64,000 nucleotides of DNA from Eledone cirrhosa (Eukaryota): positions 176,514,001 through 176,578,000 of the forward strand of contig OZ024740.1 of assembly GCA_964016885.1 (NCBI GenBank), read 5' to 3'. The notes under the pieces were generated by a model, which saw only the letters and a list, made by a program, of their open reading frames with translations, was not told the DNA's origin and did no database searches. The position numbers were made by a program, and so were the translations under genes. This document shows positions 50,620 through 64,000 of this stretch, one piece after another (positions within the stretch are counted from its first letter, which is position 1; every line of letters starts with the position of its first letter).

Positions 50620-53600
50620 AGGTGAGCTATGAGGCCCTCTGACCAGCACTTACCCTTCCACCCACACATTCCAGCCACCCACCCCTGATGCGGCTCGGTG
50701 CTCCAGTCCCCGGCCAAACGCCCCATCCCCCACCCCTCCAAGCCGACACATGCAGCACTTGCACCCCACTAACAAACGGAAGAGAGGCCGGAACTGTTTG
50801 GAGTGCGGCTGCTTCCACCACCTCACCTGCCTTGGCTTGACTCGTCGAGCTTCCAATGCCCTCGCAGCGTGGATGTGCAGGAGCTGCCTCTTCCCCACGT
50901 CTTCCCAGCCAGGGCCGTCTGGCACACCACCATATGGGACAGCGAGCTTGCCTGACGCCCGAGCCTCGCTGGTCAACATCGCTCGGCTCATGCGGCTCCG
51001 GAAGATCCCCAAGGATCCCGAGAGCGGCACGGGTGCCGGTAGCCGATGCCCTCGCTTCCTCTATTGAGAGCGCCCTGGACTCCAATCAAGCCAGTGACTG
51101 GGAGCGGCTCCCCACTCGCCCTCGGCCTCTCCAGCTCGGGCGCTAACCGGGGCGGCCGGTCAACAGCAACCTTCATCAAGGCCAATGTCTCATCCTTTGG
51201 GCGAGCGCCTATTCCAAGCGTGCCCAGGGACGCCACACACCCCACCCTCAGGTACCCCCTATCCTCCACTCCCGAGGTCAGCGCCAAGCGTTTTCGCGAC
51301 CAGGTAAACTCCAAGCTTATCATGAGTGATGTCTCGGCCGCAGTCAGAGTTGTTGCTCAGAAGACACTCTCCTCTAACCCACCGAGGAGGTCCTGGCTAC
51401 TCTGCGGCTCAAACACCCTGAGCCACCCTCTGATCTCAGACCCATACCCTCACCCAACCCCTACTTGCTCCTTGTGGTACTGATGCAGACATCATGTCCG
51501 CCATCAGGTACTTCCCAGCTAGCAGCTGCGGAGGTGTTGATGGTCTCCGACCAAGACACCTCAAAGTGTTGACATCCCCCCTCTCCGCTGAGGCCGGCGG
51601 CGCCTTCTGAGTGCAATCGTGGCGCTCACCAATAGGCTCATCCATGGTGCCCTGGACCCTTACGCCCGAGGCCTCTTTTTTTCGGCGAGCCTCACCACTC
51701 ACAGGAAGAAAGAGGGTGGCATACGCCCGATTGCCGTGGGCAATGTCTTCCGGAGGCTGGCTGCCAAGGTGATCTGCAAGTCCGTAACACACGAACTGGG
51801 TGAGGAGTTTAGTCCGGTGCAACTGGGTGTCGGCGTGTCCGGTAGCTGTGAGGGGGCCGCTCATGCAACCAGGCAGTTCTTCAACAGCTGCCCATCGGAA
51901 CCGGCATCCAGGGACTCCAGGCACCTCATTGTCAAGCTTGACATGAGGAATGCCTTCAAATCTTTACGTCGGGATCATCTGCACGAGACCTGCCTCAGCC
52001 GAGCCACCTCTGCTTACCCGCTGGCCTACCTGACATATGGAGCCCCGAGCATGCTCCTTTCTGCTGATACGGTCATACCCTCGGCTACTGGGGTCCAACA
52101 GGGCGACCCTTTGGGACCCCTCCTGTTCGCCCTTGGTATTGACCACATAGCCCGGAGTATCACGGCCCCTTTCAACGTTTGGTATCTGGATGATGCTACG
52201 TTGGGCGGGCCCGTACGGACGGTCTGCCATGACCTTCAATCGGTGATTCCTGCGCTGGCAGGAATCGGCCTCCAGGTCAACTCGGCCAAGTCGGAGGTGG
52301 TGAACGTCATCCTCGATGCTGCGAGCTTTGCAGCCTCCGTCTTGGACGTGCGGTCCATTCTCAACCAGGTTCAGGTGACCCCCCAAAGAGGATGTCCGTA
52401 TCCTCGGGTCACCGACCCACCCGCCGGCCATCCGCCCCACCATCAGGTCCAGGCTTCAACAACTCCAGACTCTTACGAGCCGACTGGGCTTGATTGACGG
52501 CCACCCAGCTCTCTTTCTGCTGAGGGACTGCTTCGCCATGCCGAAGCTCCTCTATACACTCCCCAGCGCTCCATGCTACACCCAGACATCTCTCATCGCC
52601 GACGGCGATATTTGTATCCGAGCAGCAGTCAAGATTGACGACGTAAAGGGGCAACAGGCCACTTTACCTGTCAGGTATGGCGGCCTTGGCCTCCGGTCCC
52701 CGATCTCACTAGCTTTGCCGGCGTATCTTTCGTCGGTAACCTCGTGCCGCCTCCTCGTCAGTAGGGTTCTTCAAAACACAACAGAACCCTCTGTGTTCAG
52801 AGAACGTGAGGCCGCCTGTGAGACGTGGGACCGGCTGGAACTTAGCCCAGTAGACGTCCCTCCTCCTTCTCCCCCTGTTGACGTCAAGTCCCCAACGCAC
52901 TTGGGATGCCAGCCAGTGCAGCCTGGCCTCAGACAGGCTCACGCGCCAGGTCGACCAGCACGGCCTTGCTTGTTTTCGTGAGGCCTCCAAACCCCACAGT
53001 GGTGCCTGGCTCCATGCCCTGCCCTCTTTCTCCACTGGCACGCAGCTAGACAACCATAGCCTGCGAATCAGCGTTTCCCTGAGGCTCGGCCTCCGGATCT
53101 GCCAGCCACAACAATGTCGCTGCGGTTCCACCGTGGATTCTTTCGGCCTCCACCCGCTTTACTGTCGCCACAGTGCCGGCCGCATACCAAGCCATGCTGC
53201 CCTCAACGAGGTCATTTAGCATGGCTTGGACGCTGCAGGCTTTCCTTCCCAGCTCGAGCCGGTGGGGCTGGATCGAGGGGACGGCAAAAGGCCAGATGGC
53301 ATGACCATCTTCCCGTTCCGCGGTGGCAAACCCCTCGTCTGGGATGCCACTTGCACCGACACTTTCTGCAGCTGCAACCTGGTGCAGTCTGCGACTGACC
53401 CAGGTTCTGCTGCACGTCGGTCTGAGGGGGCCAAACTCCTCAAATACAGGTCGATCTCCGACAGGTTTGCAGTCGTACCCCTGGCAATGGGGACTTCTGG
53501 TGTCCTCGGCCCCAGGGCTATCCTTACACACCACCATAGGCGCTGAGCTGGCCAGCCGCAGGTGTGAGCCCCACTAGTTGGAGTGGATTTTCCATTCCCG

Positions 53601-53825
53601 TCCTCCGGGGAAACGCCTTCTCCATTCTGTCCGCCGGGTCTGTGGGTGGGCCCCATCGCGTACCGTTGTAGTTGTTGTATACAGATATTAAGCCATTGTC
53701 CTAATATGATTATTAGACTATTCTCTTGTATAATCTGTTGCATGTATTCCACTCTGTGCTTTTAATTTTAATTTGACTTCACTGGTAGTGTTAAAACATT
53801 TTATAATTTAAAAAAAAAAAAAAAA
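50620..53825 (+). mobile_element. degenerate CRE-like non-LTR retrotransposon (PHD-like finger, RT, CCHC, restriction-like endonuclease)
   Basis: GC-rich island. KKEGGIRPIAVG, QLGVG, KLDMRNAF, GVQQGDPLGPLLF, WYLDD, GGLGL, CRCG..H.LYC, KRPDG..LVWDATC; A-rich 3' end; many frameshifts. Confidence 0.85.
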
Positions 53826-54016
53826 TCTTAAATATGGTTTTAAAAAAACATTTCGAAAAACGTTGCAACCGAAGGAAAACAGGAAGACGATACTTTGGTT
53901 CGTGAAGACGTTCCCTGGCAATGAACGGAAAAAAGCGAAGATAATACGTCATTATGTGGAGCGGTGAGAACAAGTACACGCCGCAAAGACAAAACCACGT
54001 TTAGGGTATAAATGGT

Positions 54017-54975
54017 ATTTAGCTGTTATGTCTAACAGGTCTAGTGAACGAGTTAAGTCAACCAAGATATATGTATGTAAGGCTGAATTTTAAATTGACA
54101 TTTGAATGGATGATTAGAAGGGAAGATGGATGGATAAAGAAACAGCCAGACATACTGTAAGGAAAGAGCTTAAAGACCGACTTTACAGATAACAGTAAAT
54201 GATATATCGATGATTATATATCAGCGTAAATGTACAGATAATAATGTCGCTCTAGAGTTTATAGACACAAACGCAGATTCAGGCAGTGACACGGACAGAA
54301 ACTCACACATACAGATTCAGACAGAAACATATACACTAGCCCAACACGAGTAGAAACCGATCTTACTTTAAAATATATATTATGGCTTCTTAAGAAGATT
54401 TGCAGCTTATAGATGTTAAGAGAAGGAAATATGATGCATTCATTAATATATTAATGTAATGTATTCCTGGAGTCGTCACACTTCCTCTTTGAATTCACAC
54501 ACACACACACACACGCACACACACACGAACATGCGCGCACATATACAGTGAAGCGAGCAGCTAAATATATGTAATATGTGAGTCCCCTCTCAGAGCAGGG
54601 TTCGAAAGAGACTCTTTTCTGCGAGGGATGCTGACGTGTATGTATGTCAAAGGCTGGGTTACAAAGCCTATAGCAGACGTCATTCTAATGGAAATAACAC
54701 TTTGAATACTCCATGCAACTTGATTTTGCATGTGGCGTTTGTACCAAAGTGCGTCACTCTGTATGTGAGTTAGCACGGCACTACAATTCATGCCACACCA
54801 ATCAAAGTGAAGCAGGTGGGAGAGTTACATGCACACTGTAAGTCACTTCTTGGTGTGATGAGACATCTAAGGTAGCATCAATGATAGTAACATAAATAAT
54901 ACGTTTTTGCCAATGTCTGTATTTTTTTGTTTTACGTGGCGATATTCAATCACGAGATAGATTCTACTCTGTATG

Positions 54976-54980
<5 letters not shown>
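54017..54980 (+). repeat. ~1-kb segmental direct repeat, copy 2
   Basis: Near-identical to 48609-49588. Confidence 0.92.
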
Positions 54981-55020
<40 letters not shown>

Positions 55021-55024
<4 letters not shown>

Positions 55025-55470
55025 ATACTTGGGGAGGGTCATATTTGTGTAATGATATTGCCAGAATTAATAACAGAACACACTCACTGCATGGTTGGTT
55101 TTCGCTTCTGTGTCTTTTATATCGGTTAATTTAATTTATTCGGTCTTCAATGTTACCATTGACTGACCAACGGTCAAAAATACAGATACAATATAGACAC
55201 AAACACATATATATAGTCTAACAAACTTCTTTCGTTGCACATCTGCAACATTCCTCAGTGGTGCTATTATGTTTCCTCCCATCTTTATTTAGTCTGTTTA
55301 TTTATTATTTTTTTTTTGTCTTCACTGCGCATGCGTTTGCGTGTGTATAGCGTTTTGTTTGATGTGTGTTCGTGTTTGGGTTACTGTGTATTGGTTATTG
55401 TATTCTATCTTAGTTCACTAGTGTGTGTTTATATGTGTTTGTTGTTATTGTGCTTGTGTATATATATTGT
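55021..55470. repeat. unclassified dispersed repeat (possible solo LTR), copy 2
   Basis: Close copy of 34721-35185, inserted in (TA)n. Confidence 0.65.
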
Positions 55471-55477
55471 ATATATA

Positions 55478-55812
55478 ATATAAGATCAAAAGATGGTTAA
55501 AGGAGTTCCATGTATTTTATTATGCGCATTTCAAAAACAAATATCATCATGCAATAATATTTGTGTTTTCATCAGATAAAACAAGTGTTTTTTAACCTTC
55601 ATATCATGTCTTCCTGTTTTATCTGATGAAAACACAAATATTATTGCATGATGATATTTGTTTTTGAAATGCGCATAATAAAATACATGGAACTCCTTTA
55701 ACCATCTTTTGATCTTATATTATGTATACTCCAGTCCTACAAACTGTAGAGTGCTTCTTATCCGATATCTGCATTGCTTTATTGTACTACAATAAAACTC
55801 ACCTCCTACATA
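55478..55812 (+). mobile_element. palindromic PLE-derived element (perfect inverted repeat 55478-55720 plus tail)
   Basis: Perfect inverted arms of about 105 bp, each with an intact hammerhead. Confidence 0.82.
55617..55683 (+). ncRNA. type I hammerhead ribozyme (mirror copy at 55515-55581 on the - strand)
   Basis: TTTTAT-CTGATGA-AAAC ACAAATAT...ATATTTGT TTTT-GAAA-T GCGC A-TA-ATAAAA; predicted cut after 55677. Confidence 0.85.
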
Positions 55813-55934
55813 TATTGTATATATATATATTAATTTATTAAAATAACGGATTAAAGTTTAAGCAAAGAATCGCTGCTTTCACCCTTAACGGGATCTTCTG
55901 AAATTAAAAATGTCAATCTGTGAACACAGAAGTA

Positions 55935-56600
55935 AATATTTCAAAAAACGTTGGAAAGACAGAAGGAAGACAGGCAAAACCGAAGAAAGACAGGAAGACG
56001 ATACTTCATGGAAACGTTCCCTGGCAAAGAACGAAAAAAAAACGAAGATAATACGTGCAGTAATTTGGTGCAGTGAAAACAATTACACGCAAAAACAAAA
56101 CCATGTTTATGGTATAAATGAAGTCGTAGACTAATATTCTATTAGGTTGTTCATGGAGACGTTCTCTGGCAATGAACAGAAAAAACGAAGATAATACGTC
56201 ATTATGTGGAGCGGTGAGAACAAATGCACGCAAAGACAAATCCACGTAAATGGTATAACTGAAGTCGTAGACTAAAATTCTATTTAGGAAACCGAATGAT
56301 TCTCGGCTTCAGAGTTAAGAATAAAGTAAATAAAATAAAGAGGTAATTGAAATTAAATATATACATACACGCATACACAAGCATATGAGAAAACACTCGC
56401 CATGGGTATGCAAATACAAGCACGTACACGAAAAAAAAAAAAAAAAAAAAAACACGCAGGCAAATACAGAATCCACCCAACGCCTGTGAAAACAATTACA
56501 CCGTGAAAACAATTACACGCAAAGACAAAACCACGTTTATGGTATAAATGAAGTCGTAGACTAATATTCTATTCAGGAAACCGAATGATTCTCGGCTTTT
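55935..56600 (+). repeat. irregular tandem repeats of a ~150-170-bp unit; a related copy lies at 53850-54013
   Basis: Recurrent CGTTCCCTGGCAA, GAAGATAATACGT, ACCACGTTTATGGTATAAATGAAGTCGTAGACTAA and GGAAACCGAATGATTCTCGGCTT. Confidence 0.75.
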
Positions 56601-56647
56601 TTATTTTTATTGGAGAAGGTAAGATACTTTTAGAACCATTCCGCCAC

Positions 56648-56750
<103 letters not shown>

Positions 56751-56809
56751 TGGAGTGAAAGCAACTTGTGCGTGTGTTTCTTATTGGCAACATGACCCTC
56801 CCAAAATAT

Positions 56810-56877
<68 letters not shown>

Positions 56878-57187
56878 ATAATTTATTATAAATTATATTT
56901 ATAAATTTAAGAATTTAAGAATTTATAAATTTCCGGCTGGTTGGTTGGTTCAGCAACCGGACGTTTGTTCATATATTGTCAAAGTTCTTACGTCACATAT
57001 TCTGTGACTTCTTCAGTGACTGGGGATTCTTCTCTTTGTTTTGTGCCTCTCCTTTGTTCTGTCCTACGTCATCTTGTTTTTGTGTCTGTTGTGTGTTTCG
57101 TTTGCGTATGTGTTACATCCGGGTGTCTGTGTGTGTTTTCATTTGTTTATTTATTTGTCTTTTTACATGTTGCTGGTTGGTTGTTTG

Positions 57188-57387
57188 NNNNNNNNNNNNN
57201 NNNNNNNNNNNNNNNNNNNNNNNNNNNNNNNNNNNNNNNNNNNNNNNNNNNNNNNNNNNNNNNNNNNNNNNNNNNNNNNNNNNNNNNNNNNNNNNNNNNN
57301 NNNNNNNNNNNNNNNNNNNNNNNNNNNNNNNNNNNNNNNNNNNNNNNNNNNNNNNNNNNNNNNNNNNNNNNNNNNNNNNNNNNNNNN
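57188..57387. other. assembly gap (200 N)
   Basis: Run of N. Confidence 1.
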
Positions 57388-57559
57388 TCAAAATGTCTTT
57401 TAAATTTGAAAAAAAAAAGAGTGTACGAGAATTATTTCTCTTTTTCAATTTTTTTTTCTGTATATATATATCAATTCTGCCGATATATTATTTGTATATG
57501 ATTTGTTAATAATGTCTATATCATACATTCTCATGTATAGACCAAAGGTTATGAGTATG

Positions 57560-57892
<333 letters not shown>

Positions 57893-59527
57893 ATTACCAT
57901 TGTTGTGGTGGGGGTTTTATTTATTTGCATGTCTCTATGTTTAAGTGCTTTATATTTTAGAGAGCATATTTCGATTTCCCTTCAGAAGCCGTTTCTAGCT
58001 TGAGAAATAATACAACTATCAGAAATTGTCTGTTTTGCTGTATACAACGATGATGATGATGATGTTGATAATAATAATGGTTCTTATTTAGGCACAAGGC
58101 TAACAATTTTGGGGAAGGAAAAGTCATATAAATCTCACCACAATGCATTAATGGTACTTTATGTTATCGACCCCATATGGAAAGATCCATCTGACAGTAT
58201 TATTCTACTTCCAAAGTCTGTCCCGAAATGTTTGAAAGCTATCCAAAAGAGACCAAATCCTTTTATACCCCCATGTGCGTGTACACATTTTTCAGTTGCA
58301 TATTGGTTTAAGTATAAGCTGTTGTTCACCCAGTATTTGACATGTTTTAATGGCCTTCAAAAACCTGAAATACAAGAAAAACAAGAATTTATTATTTCAT
58401 TTTGATTACTTATGATTGGTATCATATTTGATATGGTAATTACTGACATTCTAAAGTGGAAATTATTACTGGTTCTTTTTCGAAGGGTAAAACTCTTTTC
58501 TTGGTCTTTGGCAATGGTAGAAGAAAGCTATCTTCAGATCGGTGACATAGGTTGAATGTTTTCAACATACTCTACTAGACTAGATTCGACGGGCCATATG
58601 GTGATGGGAAACCAACTGAAAGAATACGTATATCACATAAACAAGGAAGCAGACATATGTGGTATAATTCTGGCACAAAAACTTGTAGTTACCTGATATG
58701 TAGGATATGGGAAATGATGTGTATTAATGTGAATACACATTAAGCATAGTTGGTGCTTTTACGAGCTGTGGAGAGGTCAGTTTACTGAGTATTAAGTGAA
58801 TATTAGACAAATACTACCTAGAGTAGGACAACAGGCTATCAAATATCATACCCGTGTGATTTAGTACTTATCTTTAACAGATAAGTTGACTGGGATGATG
58901 CATCGTAAAATATTGTCAAGACGCAGAAGGAAACTTAAACCAGGTATTTAATCTCACAGTATAAGGGCTGTTAGTTCAATATCATATCAAATTTGCTATC
59001 TTGTCTCAACAGGAGAATATAATTGTGAAGCATTATGTTTTGATGTTCATAATTATTCTCAAGTTGATTGGTAATTTTGAGTAAAGCAAAGGCTTCTGAA
59101 GCATATTACAAAATATATACCAGTCATGTCGATTGCATCTTTGTTCAGACATAATTTATGAAAAACAGTGTTATCCAATTTTTTTCTTAGATTTACTCTA
59201 AAGGGCAGGGTGTAATTAGAGGAAAATTTAGCTGTTCTTTCTCGTAGGTTTAAGCCACCATGTTGAAACTTCGACGCTAGCTCGCTGGAATAAACATTTT
59301 CTGAAATATATTCGCAGTGTATCGGAAATACTTTAAATGGGTAACAAAGCAGGATTATAAGCTAAGCTGACTGTAATGTTATCTCAACAGCGATTTTCTA
59401 CTGATAGCTTAATGTTCGCAAGAATGTTATAGAAAATTTATATCGAAATGTGCGAAGGTATAAAGAAATAATTTATGGAGCCCTACAGATCGTACCACCA
59501 TCCAGACGCATTAAGTACATTTGATAT

Positions 59528-59588
<61 letters not shown>

Positions 59589-59722
59589 CATTGTAAGGTA
59601 CCATATGAACTAATACAAGTACCAAGTACCTTAATTTATTGGAAGGTGATAAAACTATACCTGTAATGTAACATTTCACTAAATTTAAGCATACATATTT
59701 ATGTACGTGCACACACATACGC

Positions 59723-59757
<35 letters not shown>

Positions 59758-59928
59758 TTGTTCTTGGGCGTGTATAATATATATTATATATATATAATTG
59801 TTCCTACTATTGGCACAAGGCCAGCAATTACCCAGTACATTACTGGTACTTTATTTTATCGGCCCCGTATATAATATATATTATACATGTCTTCACACAT
59901 GCACATGCGCACACACGCCCAAGAACAA

Positions 59929-59977
<49 letters not shown>

Positions 59978-60537
59978 GACAGGGGGGAAGAAAAAATGGC
60001 TTCACTTGTGCTTTCAACAAATTTATTTTCTTCACAAAATCCAAAAAGAATTTTTCTTAAAAAAAATTATTTTATAACTTAAGTTGTTGGTTGTTGGTTA
60101 GGTCTTAGGAGTTCTTGGTTAACGTAGGAGGTATTGTTTCGTTTTTAGAAAGACCTTTCACGCTGAGGTGCGCTTGTCAAACTGATGTGTATGTGGTGTG
60201 TTATTCTATATATAGGGATTTAACATGTCTGTGGTGTGGTAGGGGTTTCTTTTCTCCCCCTTTAATAAGTGCATGGGTGTAGGTGTGTTGAAAAAGTGTT
60301 CATAGCAGTAATGAGTTGAGACGGTGAGTAGGGTTGGTTGGGGAGAAACTTAGCAAGTGCGGCCTGCCCCGGTCATTCTCGAAAAATTCCTTTATTCAGG
60401 GGAAAAAGCTTTTAGCATCGCTTTTGTGTTGAGAATGGTCACAGGCAAATCGCACCTGTCAAGCTTGTGAATAATTATTTTTTTCTTTTTTTCCTGAAGA
60501 ATTTTTCTACGTCCATCCCAAAGTTAGTCCTTTGTTC

Positions 60538-60832
60538 AACACACACATATATATGTGTGCATATATGTACATACACACACGGGCATATGTAGGAATATAT
60601 AGGCACACACCATCAATCACACACCCCTGTACAAATACACACACACAAAAACATATAGAGACACATATAAAAACACACATACACATACGTACACACACGA
60701 ATATGTACACATACCTCCACATGGGTATATATATACACATATATACACACATACATACACATATACATACATACATTTACATATATATATAAATATATAT
60801 ACATACACATACACATACACACACATACACAC

Positions 60833-60887
<55 letters not shown>

Positions 60888-60971
60888 TACATACATATAC
60901 CTACATACACATACATACATATACACACATAAAGATACATAACTAAATATACATATATACACACGTACACG

Positions 60972-61012
<41 letters not shown>

Positions 61013-61374
61013 GTGTGTACACACACACACGCACACACACACACATATACATATGTCCGTATATATACCCCTCCGTTCACACATACATGCATACATACAC
61101 ACACATACATGCATACACATACATGTACATACATACATACATATATATATATATATACACATATATACATACACATATACACATACACATACATATACAT
61201 CTACATACATACATATACACACATACATCTACATACATACATACATATACACAAACAGAAACATACACACATGTACACACATATGTACATATATGCACAT
61301 ACATACACACACACACACATATATATAGGTACATACACATAGATACACACACACATAAACATACATATCTATCC

Positions 61375-61409
<35 letters not shown>

Positions 61410-61460
61410 TACACACACACATATATACAAACATACACATACATACATGTACATATACAC

Positions 61461-61539
<79 letters not shown>

Positions 61540-61680
61540 TATACATATATATATACACACACACATACAAACATACACACATCCATACATATATGTATAT
61601 ATATACACACACATACACACACACACACACATACACACACCCACATACATATATACCCACAAGTACATACATCCATACAT
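60538..61680. repeat. long degenerate (CA/TA)n low-complexity tract
   Basis: Direct reading. This tract is the source of the spurious HTYI/CVCVY ORFs. Confidence 0.93.
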
Positions 61681-61981
61681 CCCTACACTCATACATGTGT
61701 GTGTCTCACCGTTCATTCAGATATTCATGTGTATACATAAGAAGAGGGCGGGGGGTGGGGGGGGGGGGTAGTGAAATGGAATTTTACCTCCGAATGTTAA
61801 TTAAGAATTCTTCATTGAAAAATTTAAACCACTACTGAACACGAAAAAATGAATTAACATTCGGAGGTAAAATTCCATTTCACTACCCCCCCCCCCCGCC
61901 CTCTTCTTATGTATACACATGAATATCTGAATGAACGGTGAGACACACACATGTATGATGTAGGGATGTATGGATGTATGT
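61665..61981. repeat. long inverted repeat (~135-bp arms, ~50-bp spacer)
   Basis: 61665-61802 is nearly the reverse complement of 61852-61981. Confidence 0.88.
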
Positions 61982-62092
61982 AACTTAAAACCACAACTGA
62001 ATACTAACCCATACAATCACTAATACTCTTTTATTCCTAATTAAACCATTTTTCAACTGTGAACAATTTGTCAGCATTTTCTATTCCGTTTA

Positions 62093-62143
<51 letters not shown>

Positions 62144-62229
62144 CGTGTGTGTGTGCACGTACATAAATATGTATGCTTACATTTACTGAAATGTTACATT
62201 ACAGGTATAGTTTTGTCACCTTATAGTTT

Positions 62230-62268
<39 letters not shown>

Positions 62269-62312
62269 AGAGAGTGAGGGAGGGAGGCAGAGAGAGAGAG
62301 GGAGATAGATAG

Positions 62313-62431
<119 letters not shown>

Positions 62432-63763
62432 AAAATAAAAGTAGAAATTCACAGGCGTGTAGTGAAGGAATATGGTTTTTAATCCAAAAAGGAAAATATT
62501 TTTATATTTGTTACATCGCGTAAATTTAAGTTTTATTTAATCTCATTCATCGATTTCGATTGATGGTAAACAGCTTATCGCATCATAACTAATGTATTTT
62601 AACAAATTCAGTTCTCAGGTATAACAAATTCAGTTCTCAGGTATGTTTATTTTATTGAATATTATTAGTTTTTCGCTTGATATAGCAGGAAAGAGTCTTA
62701 AAGTTTTGGGCGCTAGTCCTTCATCAAAAAATAGTATAAGAAATTAATGAAGAAATAGAAAGTTAAAGGAGACGAGCAGTGGCGGAAAGGAAGAAATGTT
62801 TTAGAGAAATATACAGTTGCCATACAGCTAGCATTTCTATACTTTTACATTAATTTATAAATGAAAATAAGAAAACATTGCTTAATTTGCACACTATATT
62901 TGGTATTTATGTGATTTCAACATAGAATATATAGCTTTCACTTGTCTTCAATTCATACAGGTAGCCGTTACAAAAATATAATCTATGCTCTGTTGATGCT
63001 TTGCTCTGGGTATAACCATATATACTTTAAAACTTTGAATCGTCGACAAATGATTATTATTTCTTGCCCACAAAAGATATTATTTTCTTTATCCAGGAGG
63101 ATCTATGATCCTACATAGATAATACAATTTTTCTTATTTGAAAGTTTCCTTTTGAATTTTGGAAATGCTTGGGTTTTGTAAACATTAAACAAATATTCGC
63201 AACCTTTAGTCTTCTACAATTAGTAAATCATCATTGAATGATAAATTGTATTTTAGAAACATCTACTAGAATTAAGTGTTTATTTGAATTCTCATTAAAC
63301 ACAGATGAATTTAGTTGGAAAGTTTATTTTTTATTTATATTCTTTCACCAGTGCTTTATGATTATATATAGATAATAGCTCTTTTATGGTGTTAGTAGGT
63401 TTTTATAATTATTTTAATATTCTACAATTTTAACATTACTCCAGATTAATTCTTTTAATCGTAAGTAAATTGATATTTTCATATGATAACTATATTCAAC
63501 TACACTTTTTTCATATTCGAATTTCCTATATTTCGTTTTCTTTATAATCCCCCAATATGAAATAATATTTTGCTAACATACATCTATTAAAGTGAACACG
63601 ATTTCCCTGTAATACACAAGTCATACTATTTCATTATTTACATTATGGCTAAACGTAATCAATAGTTATATATAAACCTATAAGCCTTTAATATTATTAT
63701 AGAATACATCGTTTCAGGTTTTAAATAATATTTAAAATAATTTCTTCCTCTAAAATCAATAAT

Positions 63764-64000
63764 TTCTTCTTCTTCTTCTTCTTCTTCTTCTTCTTCTTCT
63801 TCTTCTTCTAATTGTTGCTTTTTATACTGTTCTTCCCGTGTTACTGCTCACCCTGTCAAGCATTGCTGTCTGAATTTACCTTGCTTCCAGCCCGGTGTCA
63901 TCTTCGGGAACATCCTTCAGCATGATGGCTGTCTTCCAACTCATCTACATACATCAGATTCTAAAAAAAGAACTCTGCCTGCAAGTTCATTGTGGCGTTT
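63764..64000 (-). mobile_element. 3' end of an RTE-like LINE with a (GAA)n tail
   Basis: Minus frame EDDTGLE..IQTAMLDR resembles the RTE ORF C-terminus, followed by (GAA)n at 63764-63808. Confidence 0.5.

Noticed and set aside
60144-60180. Decayed hammerhead-like motifs on the - strand (also 62695-62730)
   Set aside because: Several core substitutions (TTGACAA; TTGATGA/CAAA). Probably old PLE pLTR remnants, but too degenerate to call.

Overview
Repeat-saturated, gene-poor, AT-rich animal genomic DNA. The SINE and microsatellite landscape suggests a cephalopod (octopus-like), which is inference. No host protein-coding gene is supported. In order, the window holds: a 15.4-kb 33-bp minisatellite with a ~3.46-kb higher-order duplication; many copies of one tRNA-type SINE; two RTE-type 5' leaders with candidate HDV-like ribozyme folds; two head-to-tail L1/Tx1-like LINEs embedded in (TATC)n; several Penelope-like element (PLE) remnants plus one near-complete PLE with pseudo-LTRs; a family of long palindromes in (TA)n tracts, some carrying type I hammerhead ribozymes; a degenerate CRE-like RT/RLE element with an N-terminal PHD-like finger; a ~1-kb segmental duplication; and a 200-N gap. 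The most notable structure is a non-coding tandem array at 44452-45610. Each of its three full units carries a minimal type I hammerhead (CUGACGA...GAAAC-UA-GUA, palindromic stem III), an ATGCAAAT octamer and several internal hairpins. It is a candidate non-LTR retrozyme / circular-RNA-producing satellite, in a window with an unusually high density of hammerhead motifs.
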